Part shown: positions 35,550-47,392 of the stretch, piece by piece
Layout of the letters: each line of letters begins with the position of its first letter
Numbering within the stretch: the first letter of the stretch is position 1
NCBI RefSeq assembly: GCF_018350175.1
Contig: NC_058383.1
Span: forward strand, 12,402,001-12,466,000
DNA: 64,000 bases
Direction of reading: 5' to 3'
From: Felis catus
Taxonomy: Eukaryota
The notes under the pieces: generated by a model
Database searches by the model: none
Told to the model about the DNA's origin: nothing
Seen by the model: the letters and a program-made list of their open reading frames with translations, nothing else
Program-made: the position numbers and the translations under genes

Positions 35550-37547
35550 AATGTAGTTCATGTTCACAATCCTACCCCCTGGAACGCATGTGCCATCACG
35601 GAAGCCATCTTCTGAAGAGGTGGTTAATACAGTGGAAAGAGCCATGTGCTCAAAGTCAGAAACTCTGAGTTCTAGTCCTGATGCTGCCACCAATGGATGT
35701 AGCCTCTTGGGCTTAAAATAGAAAAGACTTCAATGAGCCAAGAGGCTGAGCTGCCATGGCCGGGGCTAGGATGTGAGAACTGCACTAGTTAGACTGAGAG
35801 TCAAGAGTCTACTACACCAACCACTGGAGAATTCGAGACGTTGGATTTAATAAAATACTAATCCTCCAAAGAGCGGAAGAAAGTCTTGGGCCTGTGACCT
35901 TGCTCTCAGGGCATGCGAATGGGGGAGAAGGTGACAATAGATTCTGCACACTCTCTGGGAATGGCAGCCCTAATCCTGAGAGTCCTTGAGGAGCAGACAT
36001 GGCTTCTAGCCCTTTCTGTGGGATATAGCAGAATCAGGTCCATGTCGAAAATATTCACCTGGGCCTTTGGAGGACAGTTTACCTGCAGGCGGGAGCAAAC
36101 CAAAGTGTCCCCAAGCAGAGCCATATAAAAAGATTGTAGCGTATCACATGGCTCAAGTGTAACTTTCTTGACCATTATATCCATGTTTTCCAGAAAAATC
36201 TAGACTCTCTCTTTTGGAAGGTGCTGAACGCACCTTCATTCTATAAGAGAACCTCCTAGCCTATGTGCCTGAGCACCTGACCCCCTACATGAGTATTGCT
36301 GGTGTGCCAATATACTGATCCTTTGGGTCCTTCGTGCAACCAGGCAGAGCCTGGGAACCACTTTGCTCTCAGACCCGTGGCCCCTGGCCACATTTGGTGT
36401 ACTCCTTCCCCCGGTGCGCCACGCAAAATATCATCACTTTCTACGCGTGCCCTGACACGGAAAAGGTTGAGAAGCATCCCTCTGTCTATACACGCAAAAG
36501 GTTAAAAACTTCAAAGGTATCTTCTAACATAGGCAGAAGAAGTAGAATTCTCAGCCTGGGTTCCCAGAGAGAATTAATCCCTAATGCCAGAAGGGATGCA
36601 GCAAATTAAACTCTTCTGATCGTTCAGAAAGGCACTGGCTAGGTCCTGCTCTTGGAAGAATGGAGAAAACAGTCACTCAAATCACCTCCTGTGTTCTGTG
36701 GTTCACATGAGGAGCCTGGTGAGAAACATTATCGGACTGCTTACTGTTTACCTCCGTGGACCCTAACTGCTTTTTATTTTCGGCCTTGTGTTGGAAAAAC
36801 AAACCAAAACTAGCTTCTAGTCAAGTAGGCTCACCTTTGTTCAAATATCTAATTTAACGCGCTAAACGTCGCACCGCCATGGATATACGTGAGACCGCAT
36901 GAATTACTCTCCTCGATGGTGTGACGTTTTTGGCAGATGTTTCCTTTGATCTGAAATGGGCGAATGGGAGTCTTGCCTTCGCACAGAAAAAGAAATGGGA
37001 CGGGAATTGTTCCTGAAGGGGTAGTGGCTCACCTCATCACCAGCCTCTTGACCCCTAATGAAGCGCTCTCCCTTCCTCTGCTTTCCCTGTCAAAAGCACG
37101 CTTTCTGATGATTTCCCATTAAATGCCTCATCCCCATTCACTCTCCAGAGAGCACTTTTGAAGCATCGTCGTTCTCTTACCCAATCACTTAGCATGGCTG
37201 CTCGGTGAAATCCGCGGTTTGGAAACCTTCTCGTTGCTCCGAACCATTCCATTTCTTGGATTCCTAGGGATGTGTGCACCTGATAATCAAGAGCTATTCA
37301 TGGGAAGTCTTCATTACATTTGATGCGGATAATACCAATTTGCCTCGTGAAATGCCACTCAGGGTCTCATTTTTTGAACGGAGACGTTGATTTACTTACA
37401 TTTTCGGAGCACACACAATAAGGCAGAGAATTAAAATAATGGACAGCAACTAATAGAAAACAGCTGTGACTCTGAAACTTGGGTGGCGCCTTCTCCAGTC
37501 TTGAAGCAATGCTGGGAGAAGAATGTTTACCAGTAACGGAGAGAGCA

Positions 37548-37579
<32 letters not shown>

Positions 37580-38313
37580 AACCAGGACAAAATAAACAAC
37601 AAATTCTCATGGAATGAGGGCAGCTTCCCAGCTGTAGCCCCTCGTAGCATCTCGCGGTGCAACCAAAAATGAATCCACAAAGACTGCTAAGCTAGGTTGG
37701 TTTTATTTTCCCTGGAGACTGGGAAGAAGGTGGCAGGGGTGGAATTTAGTCTTCGTAAAATGTTTTCTGAACAAGTTCAGGGGCTGTGTCATCTGGCGGG
37801 GCAAGTCGCATACCAGGTCTGAGGTTCTTGTCATAAGGCGCGTGCCTTTGACTTCGTGAGGGAAACTCATCACTCAGATCCACGCCGAGAATGTAACAAA
37901 ATCCAAGGGAGATGTACCAAGCGCTCAAGGCCAAACCTCAGGCATCCCCTTCTGGTGCAGGGCGGAGGATTGAATCTGCTGTCCCTCCGTGTCCGGAAGG
38001 AGCCGGAAGTGGTAAAGACCACCGTGAGCGGTTGTTTTTGGCATCTCGTGTCCATCCGTGCTGGAACACTGGACTGGTTCCACCGACCGGTTTTGGCTGA
38101 GTGGCCATCGTGTTTGAAGAACCTCTTTCCCTCTTGTTCTGAGTTCTGAATTACACTCTGCCAAATTAGCCTAATTCCATTTTTGTTGCATTTCAGCAGA
38201 CCACATTAAACAAACGGATTCAAGTAGTTTAGGGTGAATGAGCGGGGACAAAAATTAGTGTGTGTTTTTTTTTATAAGACTGACCACCTAGAGATCCAGG
38301 CCTAAGTAAGGGG

Positions 38314-38636
38314 ATGCCATAGACAGAATGTTTGTGTCCCCCCAGAACTCAGATGTTGGAACCTAATCCTCAATGTTGTGATGGTGTTTGAAGGTAGGGC
38401 CGTGGGGAGGTGATAAGGGATTAGTGCCCTAATGAGAGACCCCAGAGGGCCCCTTGCCCCTTGCACCATGGGAGGACACAATGAGAAGGCAGCAATCCAT
38501 ACCAGGAAGGAGGTCCTCGTCAGACACCCTGCTGGCACCCTGAACTTGAGCTTCTTAACCTCCAACTGTGAGAAATTTCTATGATTTTAAGCCACACAGT
38601 CTGTGGTATTCTGTCACCACAGCCTAAACTAAGACT
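38314..38636 (+). mobile_element. MaLR LTR (MLT1A-like)
   Basis: tgccatagacagaatgtttgtgtcccc...gggattagtgccct..gagaccccagag...aagccacacagtctgtggtattctgt...aactaagac. Confidence 0.85.
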
Positions 38637-38854
38637 GGGGCAGGGACAGAGAAAGTGAACAGCTACCAGTACAGAGAAGAGGGGCCTTAAGAACAAAGGT
38701 GGTCAAGGACACCTGTAGACCCCATCCCATCTCCCATTTGTCCTAGTTTTCTCCCTCCTCAAACACTCTTCCATGGCCGGTAAGAGCCAAGAGTTTGGAA
38801 GGAACCTTCTGGGTTCTCTAGTCCAACTCTCTATTCAAGACGGTACCCGCTACA

Positions 38855-39030
38855 CCTGAGGTTCTCAAGTCATGAGAAGCTTTTTAGAATGTGGATTCCT
38901 AAACCTTGCCCCCAAGGATTCTGATTAAATAGCTCTAAGGATGACCCCCAAGAATCTTCATGATTCACAAGTTCCCCCCAGATGATTCCAGTGCTGGCGA
39001 TCTGCTGAACCCACCTCGGGCGATGCTAAC
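38855..39030. mobile_element. MER5-like hAT MITE remnant
   Basis: ggttctcaag...gattcct...gattctgattaaatagctct...caagttcccccagatgattcc. Confidence 0.55.
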
Positions 39031-39854
39031 CACAGTTTCCCTACGGTGCCATTGCTTCAAAAACCCTGGGAGTGAGGTTTTCACTTCCCAGCAGGCATTC
39101 AACGCTCAGACAGAGCGGGTTACTATTATAAAGGTCCTTTTTGTTCTTCAGCCCATTGGTTCCAGCCATGAATCCAAGGGACCGTGTGTGGCGATTCTCC
39201 CTTCTTGAATGATCCTCCAGAGATTAGAGACCATTCATTGGTCCCTCATCCTGAGACTTCCTTCCTCCTCTCCCAGTTTCTTTCAATGGCTCCTCACCTC
39301 AGTCAGAATGAGCTTTGCACCCATAACCATGCCCGTGACCTGACCCATACCTGCCTCTCTGCGGCCTCCTCCCTCTCCAACCCTTGCCCCACATGTGAAA
39401 TTTCCACAACCCCACAACAGTTGTTTGCACATGTTGAGATCCACGTATCCACACCTTTACTCGTGGTTTTTCCTCGTGTGTGTCTTATACTCCTCCTTCC
39501 CCTCCATCTCCTTAAAGTGGTCGAACGTCGACACCCACCTCAGGCCTCCTGACCTCTGAGAAGCTTTCATAACCATCACAGGATGGGTTAGATGTGCCTT
39601 TGGTGTGATTTGTACCTCTCCAGCCTACCTCAGGTATGGCACTCATCAGCACCAGCTTAGAATGACCTGCTTTTTTCTATCTCCAACAGTAGACTCAAGG
39701 CCTTAGTCTTACCGACTTTCATGTCCTTGGCCATTGACCCACAGAAATGACTCCGTGGGTATTTGTTCAATTGAATCAAATCCTCCAGGGTTTGAATGCA
39801 AAAGACAGCCCTTTGGCCTAGCATCACCCCTCCAACCCTTCATCACAACTCTTT

Positions 39855-40070
39855 TGTTTTTAAGTTTACTTGTTTATTTTTGAGAGGGACGGAGAGAACG
39901 CAAGTGGGGGAGGAGCAGAGAGAGAGGGAGACAGAGAATCCCAAGCAGGCTCCACACTGCCAGCGCAGAGCCCCACGTGGGACTTGAACCCACGAAACTG
40001 GGACACCGTGACCTGAGCTGAAACCAAGAGTTGGACGCTTCACTGAATGAGCCCCTCCCCAGGCACCCCC
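39855..40070 (-). mobile_element. Can-SINE
   Basis: Antisense tail, body and head. Confidence 0.93.
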
Positions 40071-41314
40071 AAAGTATTTTCAATAGTGGTAAAAGCTACA
40101 GGAAAACGTGAGGGACTGGGAGGGGGCTCGAAAGCGGGGGGCATAATCTAAGTGTGGTGGGTCTGGTCCACGGAGAGCGAGGGGGCTCTGAGGTCTTTGC
40201 ACAGCACTGTCTTCTACTCTGAGTGCTCTTGGGAGCCATTCAGGGTCTTGAGGAGAAAAGGTAACATGAACCACCTGACACGGCAGGACAATCACTGTGG
40301 CTTATGCTCTAAGACGGGGGGGGGGGGGACAAGAGCCCATTGTGTCCCAGGCCCTGAGATGTGCAGGTGGAACCTGGGCCACCAGTTCTGTTGAGGAAAT
40401 AATGACAGAAACTAGAAGCAGCATCCGAACAGGTAAGTCCACTCCTGCTCGCCCAGCTTCTAAAGACCCTTGCCCCGGGCCCCGGGTTCCTTCCCCTCCG
40501 AGCCTCACCCGCCTCTCACCCACGTGGACCCTGGGCCTGGCTTCTCGCCTCAGCCCCTGCTCCCGAACCCGCTTGATTTCCTTCCCGGCCCTCATCACGC
40601 CTGGAGTGACTGTAGCCACGTCGTCCTGGTTTGTCTTCGGCTCCTTCCAGTAGAACAGACGTGGCCCGAGGTCAGAGGGCAGGTGGTGCTCACTGGCGAC
40701 ACGTGGTCAGCCCTTGCCGTGGACTTGTCACACGTCAGGCATTCCACAGATGCTGGCGGACTCCGGCCACTTGGCAACCCCAAGGCAAGTGGGAGACGTC
40801 CGTGTTCATCCAAATATGCGTTCCTCGTATCTCGCGGGTTCCATCCGGTCTTCCTAGGTCTTGCCCAAAATTTGATTAAAATCCAACGAATGCCTCAGCG
40901 CTTTAGGCTCGGGTTACCCTCTCAGACCACTTCTGGAGTCTTCTGGAATTGAATCCATCAGGAGAAGCCCTAACATCTCCCCTTCCCCACATTCCGCGGA
41001 AAGACAGGCTCTGAACCATGGTGGAGCCCCCTCCTCTCGAGCCGTGGTGGTGCCACCAGATGAGACAGCTCGATAGAGATGCCCTCAACACCAGGTTCGG
41101 CGCTCCTCTCCCAGGATGGCCCGGTGTGAACAGAAACAAGAATTGAATAATACAAGAATCAAATAACAGGAGAATCACAGTCACCTGCTCCACTCACTCC
41201 TTGATTTCCACGTCAATTCACCAACTCGAGATCTTAGAGGAAAAATGGTTCCTTCTCTCATGATACTTCTTTTTATTATTTGTTAAGAAGGGAAGCACTT
41301 TCCCTTTATTCTTT

Positions 41315-41733
41315 GAAATGTTTATTTTAGAGAGAGAGAGAGAGAGAGAGAGAGCATGAGTGGGGGAGGAGCAGAGACAGAGGGAGACACAGAATCCGAA
41401 GCGGGCTCCAGGCTCCGAGCTGTCAGCGCAGAACCCGATGCAGGGCTCGAGCTCTTGAACTGCGAGATCATGACCTGAGTCGAAGTCGGAAACTTGGCCG
41501 GCTGAGCCGCCCAGGCGCCCCCTCCCTTTATTTTTTTTAAGTTTATTTATTTATTTTTGAGAGAGAGAAAGAGAGTGTGTGTGCACCAGCAAGGGAGGGG
41601 CAGAGGGAGAGAGACTCTTAAGCAGGCTCTCCACTGTCAGCGCAAAGCCCAACGCGGGGCTCGAACCCACGAACCGTGAGATCATGGCCTGAGCCAAAGT
41701 CAGACACTTAACCAACTGAGCCACCCAGGCACC
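41315..41733 (-). mobile_element. Two tandem antisense Can-SINEs
   Basis: Heads end at about 41521 and 41733. Confidence 0.93.
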
Positions 41734-41735
41734 TC

Positions 41736-42125
41736 AATGTGTGTGGGTTTTTCTCCACCAACAACCAGTTTTCTGACTCTCTGGGCATCAACTGGATGTC
41801 TTACAATCAACTCCATTCTGACTTCTGCAGTTAGTGTGGACCCCACAGGTTAAGAGCGTAGCCCCCCAAGGCTGCCCCCACTTCAGACACCAGTTAAAAG
41901 TCTCAGGCCTCATCTACTTCTTTTTTTTTTTTTTTAGTAGGCTTCATGCCCAACACGGAGCCCCACGTGGGGCTTGAACCCAGGACCCTGAGATCAAGAC
42001 CTGAGTTGACATCGAGAGTCAGACGCTTAAGCAACTGAGCCACTCAGGTGCCCCTGGCCTCCTGCACTTCTGACTTGGCCACACATCAGGGGTTCCTGGG
42101 GCCCCCCACCCTTTTGAGATTAGCA
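41736..42125. mobile_element. MER21-like LTR remnant with a short antisense SINE (about 41920-42054)
   Basis: caactggatgtcttacaatcaactccattctgac...gaccccacaggttaag...gctgcccccacttcagacacc. Confidence 0.6.
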
Positions 42126-42480
42126 TTTGAATTGGTGAACTGGGGGCGCCTGAGTTACTCGCTTGGTGAAATGGTCCTCCCCAGTGCACGTGAACTTCTT
42201 CCAATCCACTGAGGGCTGGAATAGAATGAAACGGTGGAGGAAGGGGGTAAGTCCACTCTCTCTGTTGGGGGAAGATATTCACCTTCTGCCCCCAGACACC
42301 GGAGCTCCTGGCCCTCAGCTTTCCGACTCAGCTCAACACGGACGCCAACCCACTTCACGGATGGCAGATTGTGGGACTCCGCAACCGTGCGAGCCAATTT
42401 TTAGAATTCGTCTCCTCTTCCATATTTCTCTCTCTGTATTCTATGGGTTCTGTTTCCCTGGAAAACCCTGACTGGTGTAG
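42125..42480 (+). mobile_element. MLT2 LTR remnant
   Basis: attagcatttgaattggtgaactg...ccaatccactgagggctggaatagaa...ggcagattgtgggact...ttctgtttccctggaaaaccctgact. Confidence 0.75.
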
Positions 42481-43894
42481 GAAGTTACAAGCGTGTTAGA
42501 AGCTCTGTGCCAGGAACTGGGGGGCAGCCACCATTGATAGATTTCTTGTGTAGGTATCGTTGAGCCCGATTCCATTCCTGGACAGAAAGAAAGAAAGTGA
42601 GGCCAGAACAGCTGTCTTGCTCATGTTTACACTGGCTGGGCCAGGAGCATGGAGTCTGAGCCCACATAGTGGCCACAGTTATGACACAGTTATCCTGCCT
42701 GCTGCCCAGCAGCAGGGAGCGTGGTCGGGGATTCAGGTCCGCTGCAGAGACCCTGGCTCCCGGCCACACTGCAGAGGCGGCTGGCATCCTGATCCTGAAT
42801 GCGGTGAGGGTAGAAAGCCCCAAACGTTCCCATCTGACCTGGGACACAGGTGGGCACCACTGAGTGGCCAAGGCCAAAGCTTTGTGGGTCCTGCCCCAGG
42901 GTCCCGCTTCTTCCCCAGCCCAGTGCCGTCTCCCTCCCCTTCCTTTCCAAGGGTCCCCTAACCGAATCTCGCACCCTCAACTTCGTCCCAGCCTCTGCTT
43001 CTAGACAGCCCAACCCACGACACCCTAGTCTCCTGACTCCAAATCCACCGTTTACTTCCCCGAACAGCACAGATAGGCTTTTTTAAAGCCTGCAGAAAGA
43101 GACCCTCAACACATCGACGCCTGAGGCAAACAGGGCAGCGGATCACAAGGTTGCTGTTCTGCCAGAATCTCTCCAAGGGAAGCGCCGGGTGCCGGCAGCC
43201 AAGCCCCTGGAGTTGCTGCGATTTATATTTAATGTGCAAACGCTCTGAGGAGAGCCAAGCATGGAAGACAGATCAAAACATTTATCCTCACCGTGTCTTG
43301 GAAAAACTTATTAGCTGGCTGTACACCGATATTCAAGAGGCGCAGAAAAAAAGGAAGCAGAGAAAAGGAAGCAAAAAAAAAAAGAAAGAAAAATCTGTTG
43401 CTACCAGATAAATAGAGAGAGCCCCTCGGAGCGCCGGGGCGGCCGTGGCCACCATAATATATTGTTATGCATCACCACCAGAGCACTTGTAGAGCAACCA
43501 CGGACCATGTCTGACATTGCCTTCGCTGACCTTTTCGATATTGCCCAAGCACTGCGGAGCGGGTGTTTCTAGAGGAATTCAAATAGAACGTACTCAGGCA
43601 GAAAGGATTTGGCTGTGGGCAAACCCTATCAGTCTCCTCATGTTTCCCCTTGTCATTCTCATGTAAATTGCGACTCTTTATTAGCATGGCCGGTCTTCCG
43701 GCAGGTGCACGCGGTGCCAGGCTAAATGGCAGGGGACCGCATCCGCCTGCATCCAGAGTCACCCGCTAGCAAGGACACCAGTGCAGGGCACCGCCCAGGG
43801 TGGGGACAGGGGGTGGTCCCCAGGGCGCCACGGGAAAGCACCAAAGGGGCGGGGGGGGTGGGGTGAAGCTCAACCATAAAGGAGAAGCTTCCCT

Positions 43895-44058
43895 CTTCAA
43901 TGTCTAAGTGTACGATACCACGTGGTTAGCGGCTATTTGGTAGAGCAGGCATCTAGAACACGTTGACCTTGCACGACTGAAACCCCATACCCTCTGAACA
44001 ACTCCTCATTACCCCCCTCCCCAGTCCCTTTTCTGAGTTTAAGTGTGTGTTCGCATCA

Positions 44059-44096
<38 letters not shown>

Positions 44097-44295
44097 GAGC
44101 GCGTGTGCACGCACGCACGCACGCACAAAGAGGCACAAGGAAAGTTTTGGAGGAGGTGATGATGTGCATGCCTGTTCCCTTGACGGCAGCGATGGCATCG
44201 TGGGTGTCTGGGGACACCCAGACTTACCAAATTGTATCTGGGTATTTTTGTGTATCAATTATATCTCAATGGAACTGTTAAAAAAAAAAAAGGTG
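43895..44295. mobile_element. Two short L1 3'-end remnants in opposite orientation around a (CA)n(CACG)n repeat
   Basis: Antisense L1 tail about 43895-44030; sense L1M tail about 44135-44292 ending gtatcaattatatctcaatggaactgttaaaaaaaa. Confidence 0.55.
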
Positions 44296-44464
44296 TATGA
44301 AAGATGATTCTAAGAAGGCTAGTTGTATATGAGAATAAGGAGGGTGTTAAAAATTAAGTGAAAGAATGTGTTTGCCACAATGTGGTACACAGAATATGCG
44401 TCGTAAATGCACCTGCGTACAAGGTATTTCTCAGAGTGTTTGAAAAACACAATAAAATCCTAGT

Positions 44465-44859
44465 TTTAATTTTTTTCAGTTTTTTTTTTTTGAGAGAAAG
44501 AGAGAGAAAAAACACAAGTGCGGGAGGGACAGACAGAAAGAGAGCAAGAATCCCAAGCAGGCTCCGTACCATTTGCTCAGAGCCCCCTGTGGGGCTTGAA
44601 CTCAGGAACCACAAGATCAGGACCTGAGCCGAGATCAAGAGTGGGACACTTAACCAACTACACCACCCAGACATCTCTAAAATTCTGGTTTTAAGATCAG
44701 GGAGTTGGGGGGACACCTGGGTGGCTCAGTTTGTTGATCATCTAGCTCTGGATCTCATGGTTCATGAGATCGAGCCCCGGGTCAGGTTCCACACTGACGG
44801 TGAGGACCCTGCTTGGGATTCCCTCTCTCCCTCTCTTGTCTGCCCCTTCCTTGCTCGGA

Positions 44860-44890
<31 letters not shown>

Positions 44891-44915
44891 CACTTAAAAA
44901 AAAAAAGAAAGAAAA
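44465..44915. mobile_element. Head-to-head Can-SINE pair (- then +)
   Basis: Minus copy about 44465-44675, plus copy about 44708-44915. Confidence 0.9.
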
Positions 44916-45277
44916 GAAGGAAGGATTAAACTATGGAGTGAGTTCTTTGCTTTTCTTTTTATAAATTCCCCCAGACAGATAAGCCTGCCCACTGATCACC
45001 TCCATGTCCCTGCCCTCTGCCTTAGGAGACGGGGGAGCCCCAAGGAAGGACTGAGGAACTACTGGCGGCCGGAGGTACCACATTGGTTTACAAAATCCTT
45101 TCTGGCCTTTACGTCACCTAAGAGCAAGGCCAGGAGGACCAGAAAAGCCAGCTTGGTAGGACCCATTTAGGGTAGTACCTGCCCATGGAAGAGCTCCAGG
45201 GGCGGGCTTAGCAACCACGGCCTCAGGCTTCCAAAGCCTTTCCCTTACTCCTGCTCCCTGCTTACCTGGCTTAAATA

Positions 45278-45495
45278 CAGTGGTTCTCAAAGCAGGGTCC
45301 CCAGTCCAGAGGCATCACCATCACCTGGGAACCTCAACGAGCCCGATGTGGGGCTCGAACTCACAAACCACAAGATCACGACCAGAGCTGAAGTCGGACA
45401 CTCAACCAACTGAGCCACCCAGGCGCCCATCAGCAATCTGTATTTGTACAGGCTTTCCAGCTGATTCTGGTACATCCCAAACTATGAGAACCACC
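45278..45495. mobile_element. MER5A-like MITE whose centre is replaced by a SINE head
   Basis: Termini cagtggttctcaaa...tgagaaccacc; antisense SINE head about 45335-45428. Confidence 0.75.
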
Positions 45496-47074
45496 CTTCT
45501 AATAGAAGCTTGGCTTATCTCTCTAGCCTTATCTGCATCCAGCCCAGGGATGCTTGCCCAGCTGGAAGGAGGGAAGAGAAGACTCAGTTCACCACTGTCA
45601 CCCCCTGAGGGGCATATCTAGCAGGGAGGAGCCTGTAAGAAAACAGAATTAGCAACTTAGGGTTCCCGAAACACAGAACCAAAAAAATAAGAGAAGGTTC
45701 TCGTGGGTGATTCATTTCCTGAATCAGCGCTTACAGAACAGTAGCTAGAGGTCATAACATGGAGGAAACTAGAATTACCCCTTACCTGGCCTCCCCCGAG
45801 GTAGGTGAACAGCCTGAGGAGGTAGCCATGTGGGCGAATCTAAGAACTATGCAGTTGAGAGACCAGGTGTGATTCGGCATGGAGAATCCTTGGCTGGGCC
45901 ATCACAAACCTGGCCGCTAGCCAGAGATGGAGAAAAGCACCCAGGCATCTACAGGAGTGAACCAGGAAAGACTGCGCAGTACCTCTGCCAGGTACCTGGG
46001 CAGGGCTCCAGTCCCAGGGAGTAGCAGAACTAACAGAGACCCAGCATCAGAACAGGACGTGGAGGAAGGTGGGACTCCACCCAGCTAGCTGACGGACCCC
46101 TGGCTGGTGCACCCTGCCCAGTGAGGGCTGGCTCAGGGACCGACGAGCCTTCACTTTGATAGAAAAAGCATCAGGCACTCCTGTGAGGAAACGCTGGAGA
46201 GACAAGAGCTGAGGGGTCCAATCCAAGCTTGCAGAGTTGAAATAAATTCAAGGTCTTTTCTTCCCCCAGGTGAGGGATCTCAGGGGTTCCCTGGGGCCGA
46301 TGCCACTGACTCCCTGGGCTACAAATGAAAGAGCCGAAGAACAAGGCAGGAAAGGTTTCCAAGACATCAGGCAACTCTGAGAGAACAATATTTCGTCAAG
46401 TGAAGAGTAAATTAATAGAAAACACATGGATTATATTTCTCGCAAAACACACACAGTTCTGAACATCAAGGCGGGCAGGGAAACTGGTGAAATCTGTTTG
46501 GGGTTTGGCAACATCTCATGCGTTCAGGAGTGAGGTGCAGCATTTCAGGGAACAGGTTTTTCCTATTATCTTTCTTTTTTTTTCCACCAATAGTCAAGGG
46601 ATGCAAAGATTTTTAGAGGGAGAAGACCTTAAGTCATCCACACGAGAAACCAGAGGCTTAAGGAAATTGATGGGAATGGTTTCACAAATAAATGGTAGCA
46701 AAACTTAGAGTAGTTGAGAGCCAGACCAGAGAGAGTTGTGCCAATATGCATTCTTTCTCCTCCGCTTGCCTTCACGTGATACATCCAGGAGCCATTCAAG
46801 ACCACTGTGGGCCACTGAATCCACAGATGTTAGGTAACGTGGATATTGGGTAGAGTGGAATCCAGTGGGTCCATCCTAGTCTTGGTTAGACAGCATCCTC
46901 ACACATTAAGGGAGCTAAACCAGGAACGGAAGCTCCATACTTGCCAAGTCTGTGTCTTCCGACTCAGTCTATTACCTGAAAGACAAGGTCAAGTTCTGGG
47001 AGTGAGGATCATTAATAGCGACTCAGAATTCTGGCCATGAGATGCCAAAACCCCATTAGCGACTGAAATATACA

Positions 47075-47392
47075 TACATAATTACATAATGATAAAAGGA
47101 TCAACCCACCGAGAAGCTACAACAATCTTAAATGTGGATGCACCAAGCAACATAACCTCAAAATATATGGATCAAAGTTGAACAGAGGAAATAGACTAAC
47201 CCACAATTATAGTTGGAGACTTCAACACCCCACTGTCAGCCGTTGATAAAATTACCAGATGGAAAATCAGCAAGGATATAGAATTGAGTGACACAATCAA
47301 CCAGTAGGATCTCATTGACAAATATAGAACACTTCACTCAACATCAGCAGAATACATTTTTTACCAAAGGCCCATATAACATTCACCACAAT
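47075..47392 (+). mobile_element. L1 ORF2 endonuclease-domain fragment
   Basis: Translates to IMIKGSTHREATTILNVDAPSN and IIVGDFNTPLS (L1 endonuclease motifs). Confidence 0.88.

Noticed and set aside
35800..36620. Possible coding exon or endogenous viral element in a repeat-free stretch
   Set aside because: Only short ORFs with no motif I recognise; a tBLASTx search would be needed
40367..40438. Perfect splice donor CAG|GTAAGT at 40433
   Set aside because: No convincing upstream acceptor or reading frame; isolated consensus donors are expected by chance in 64 kb
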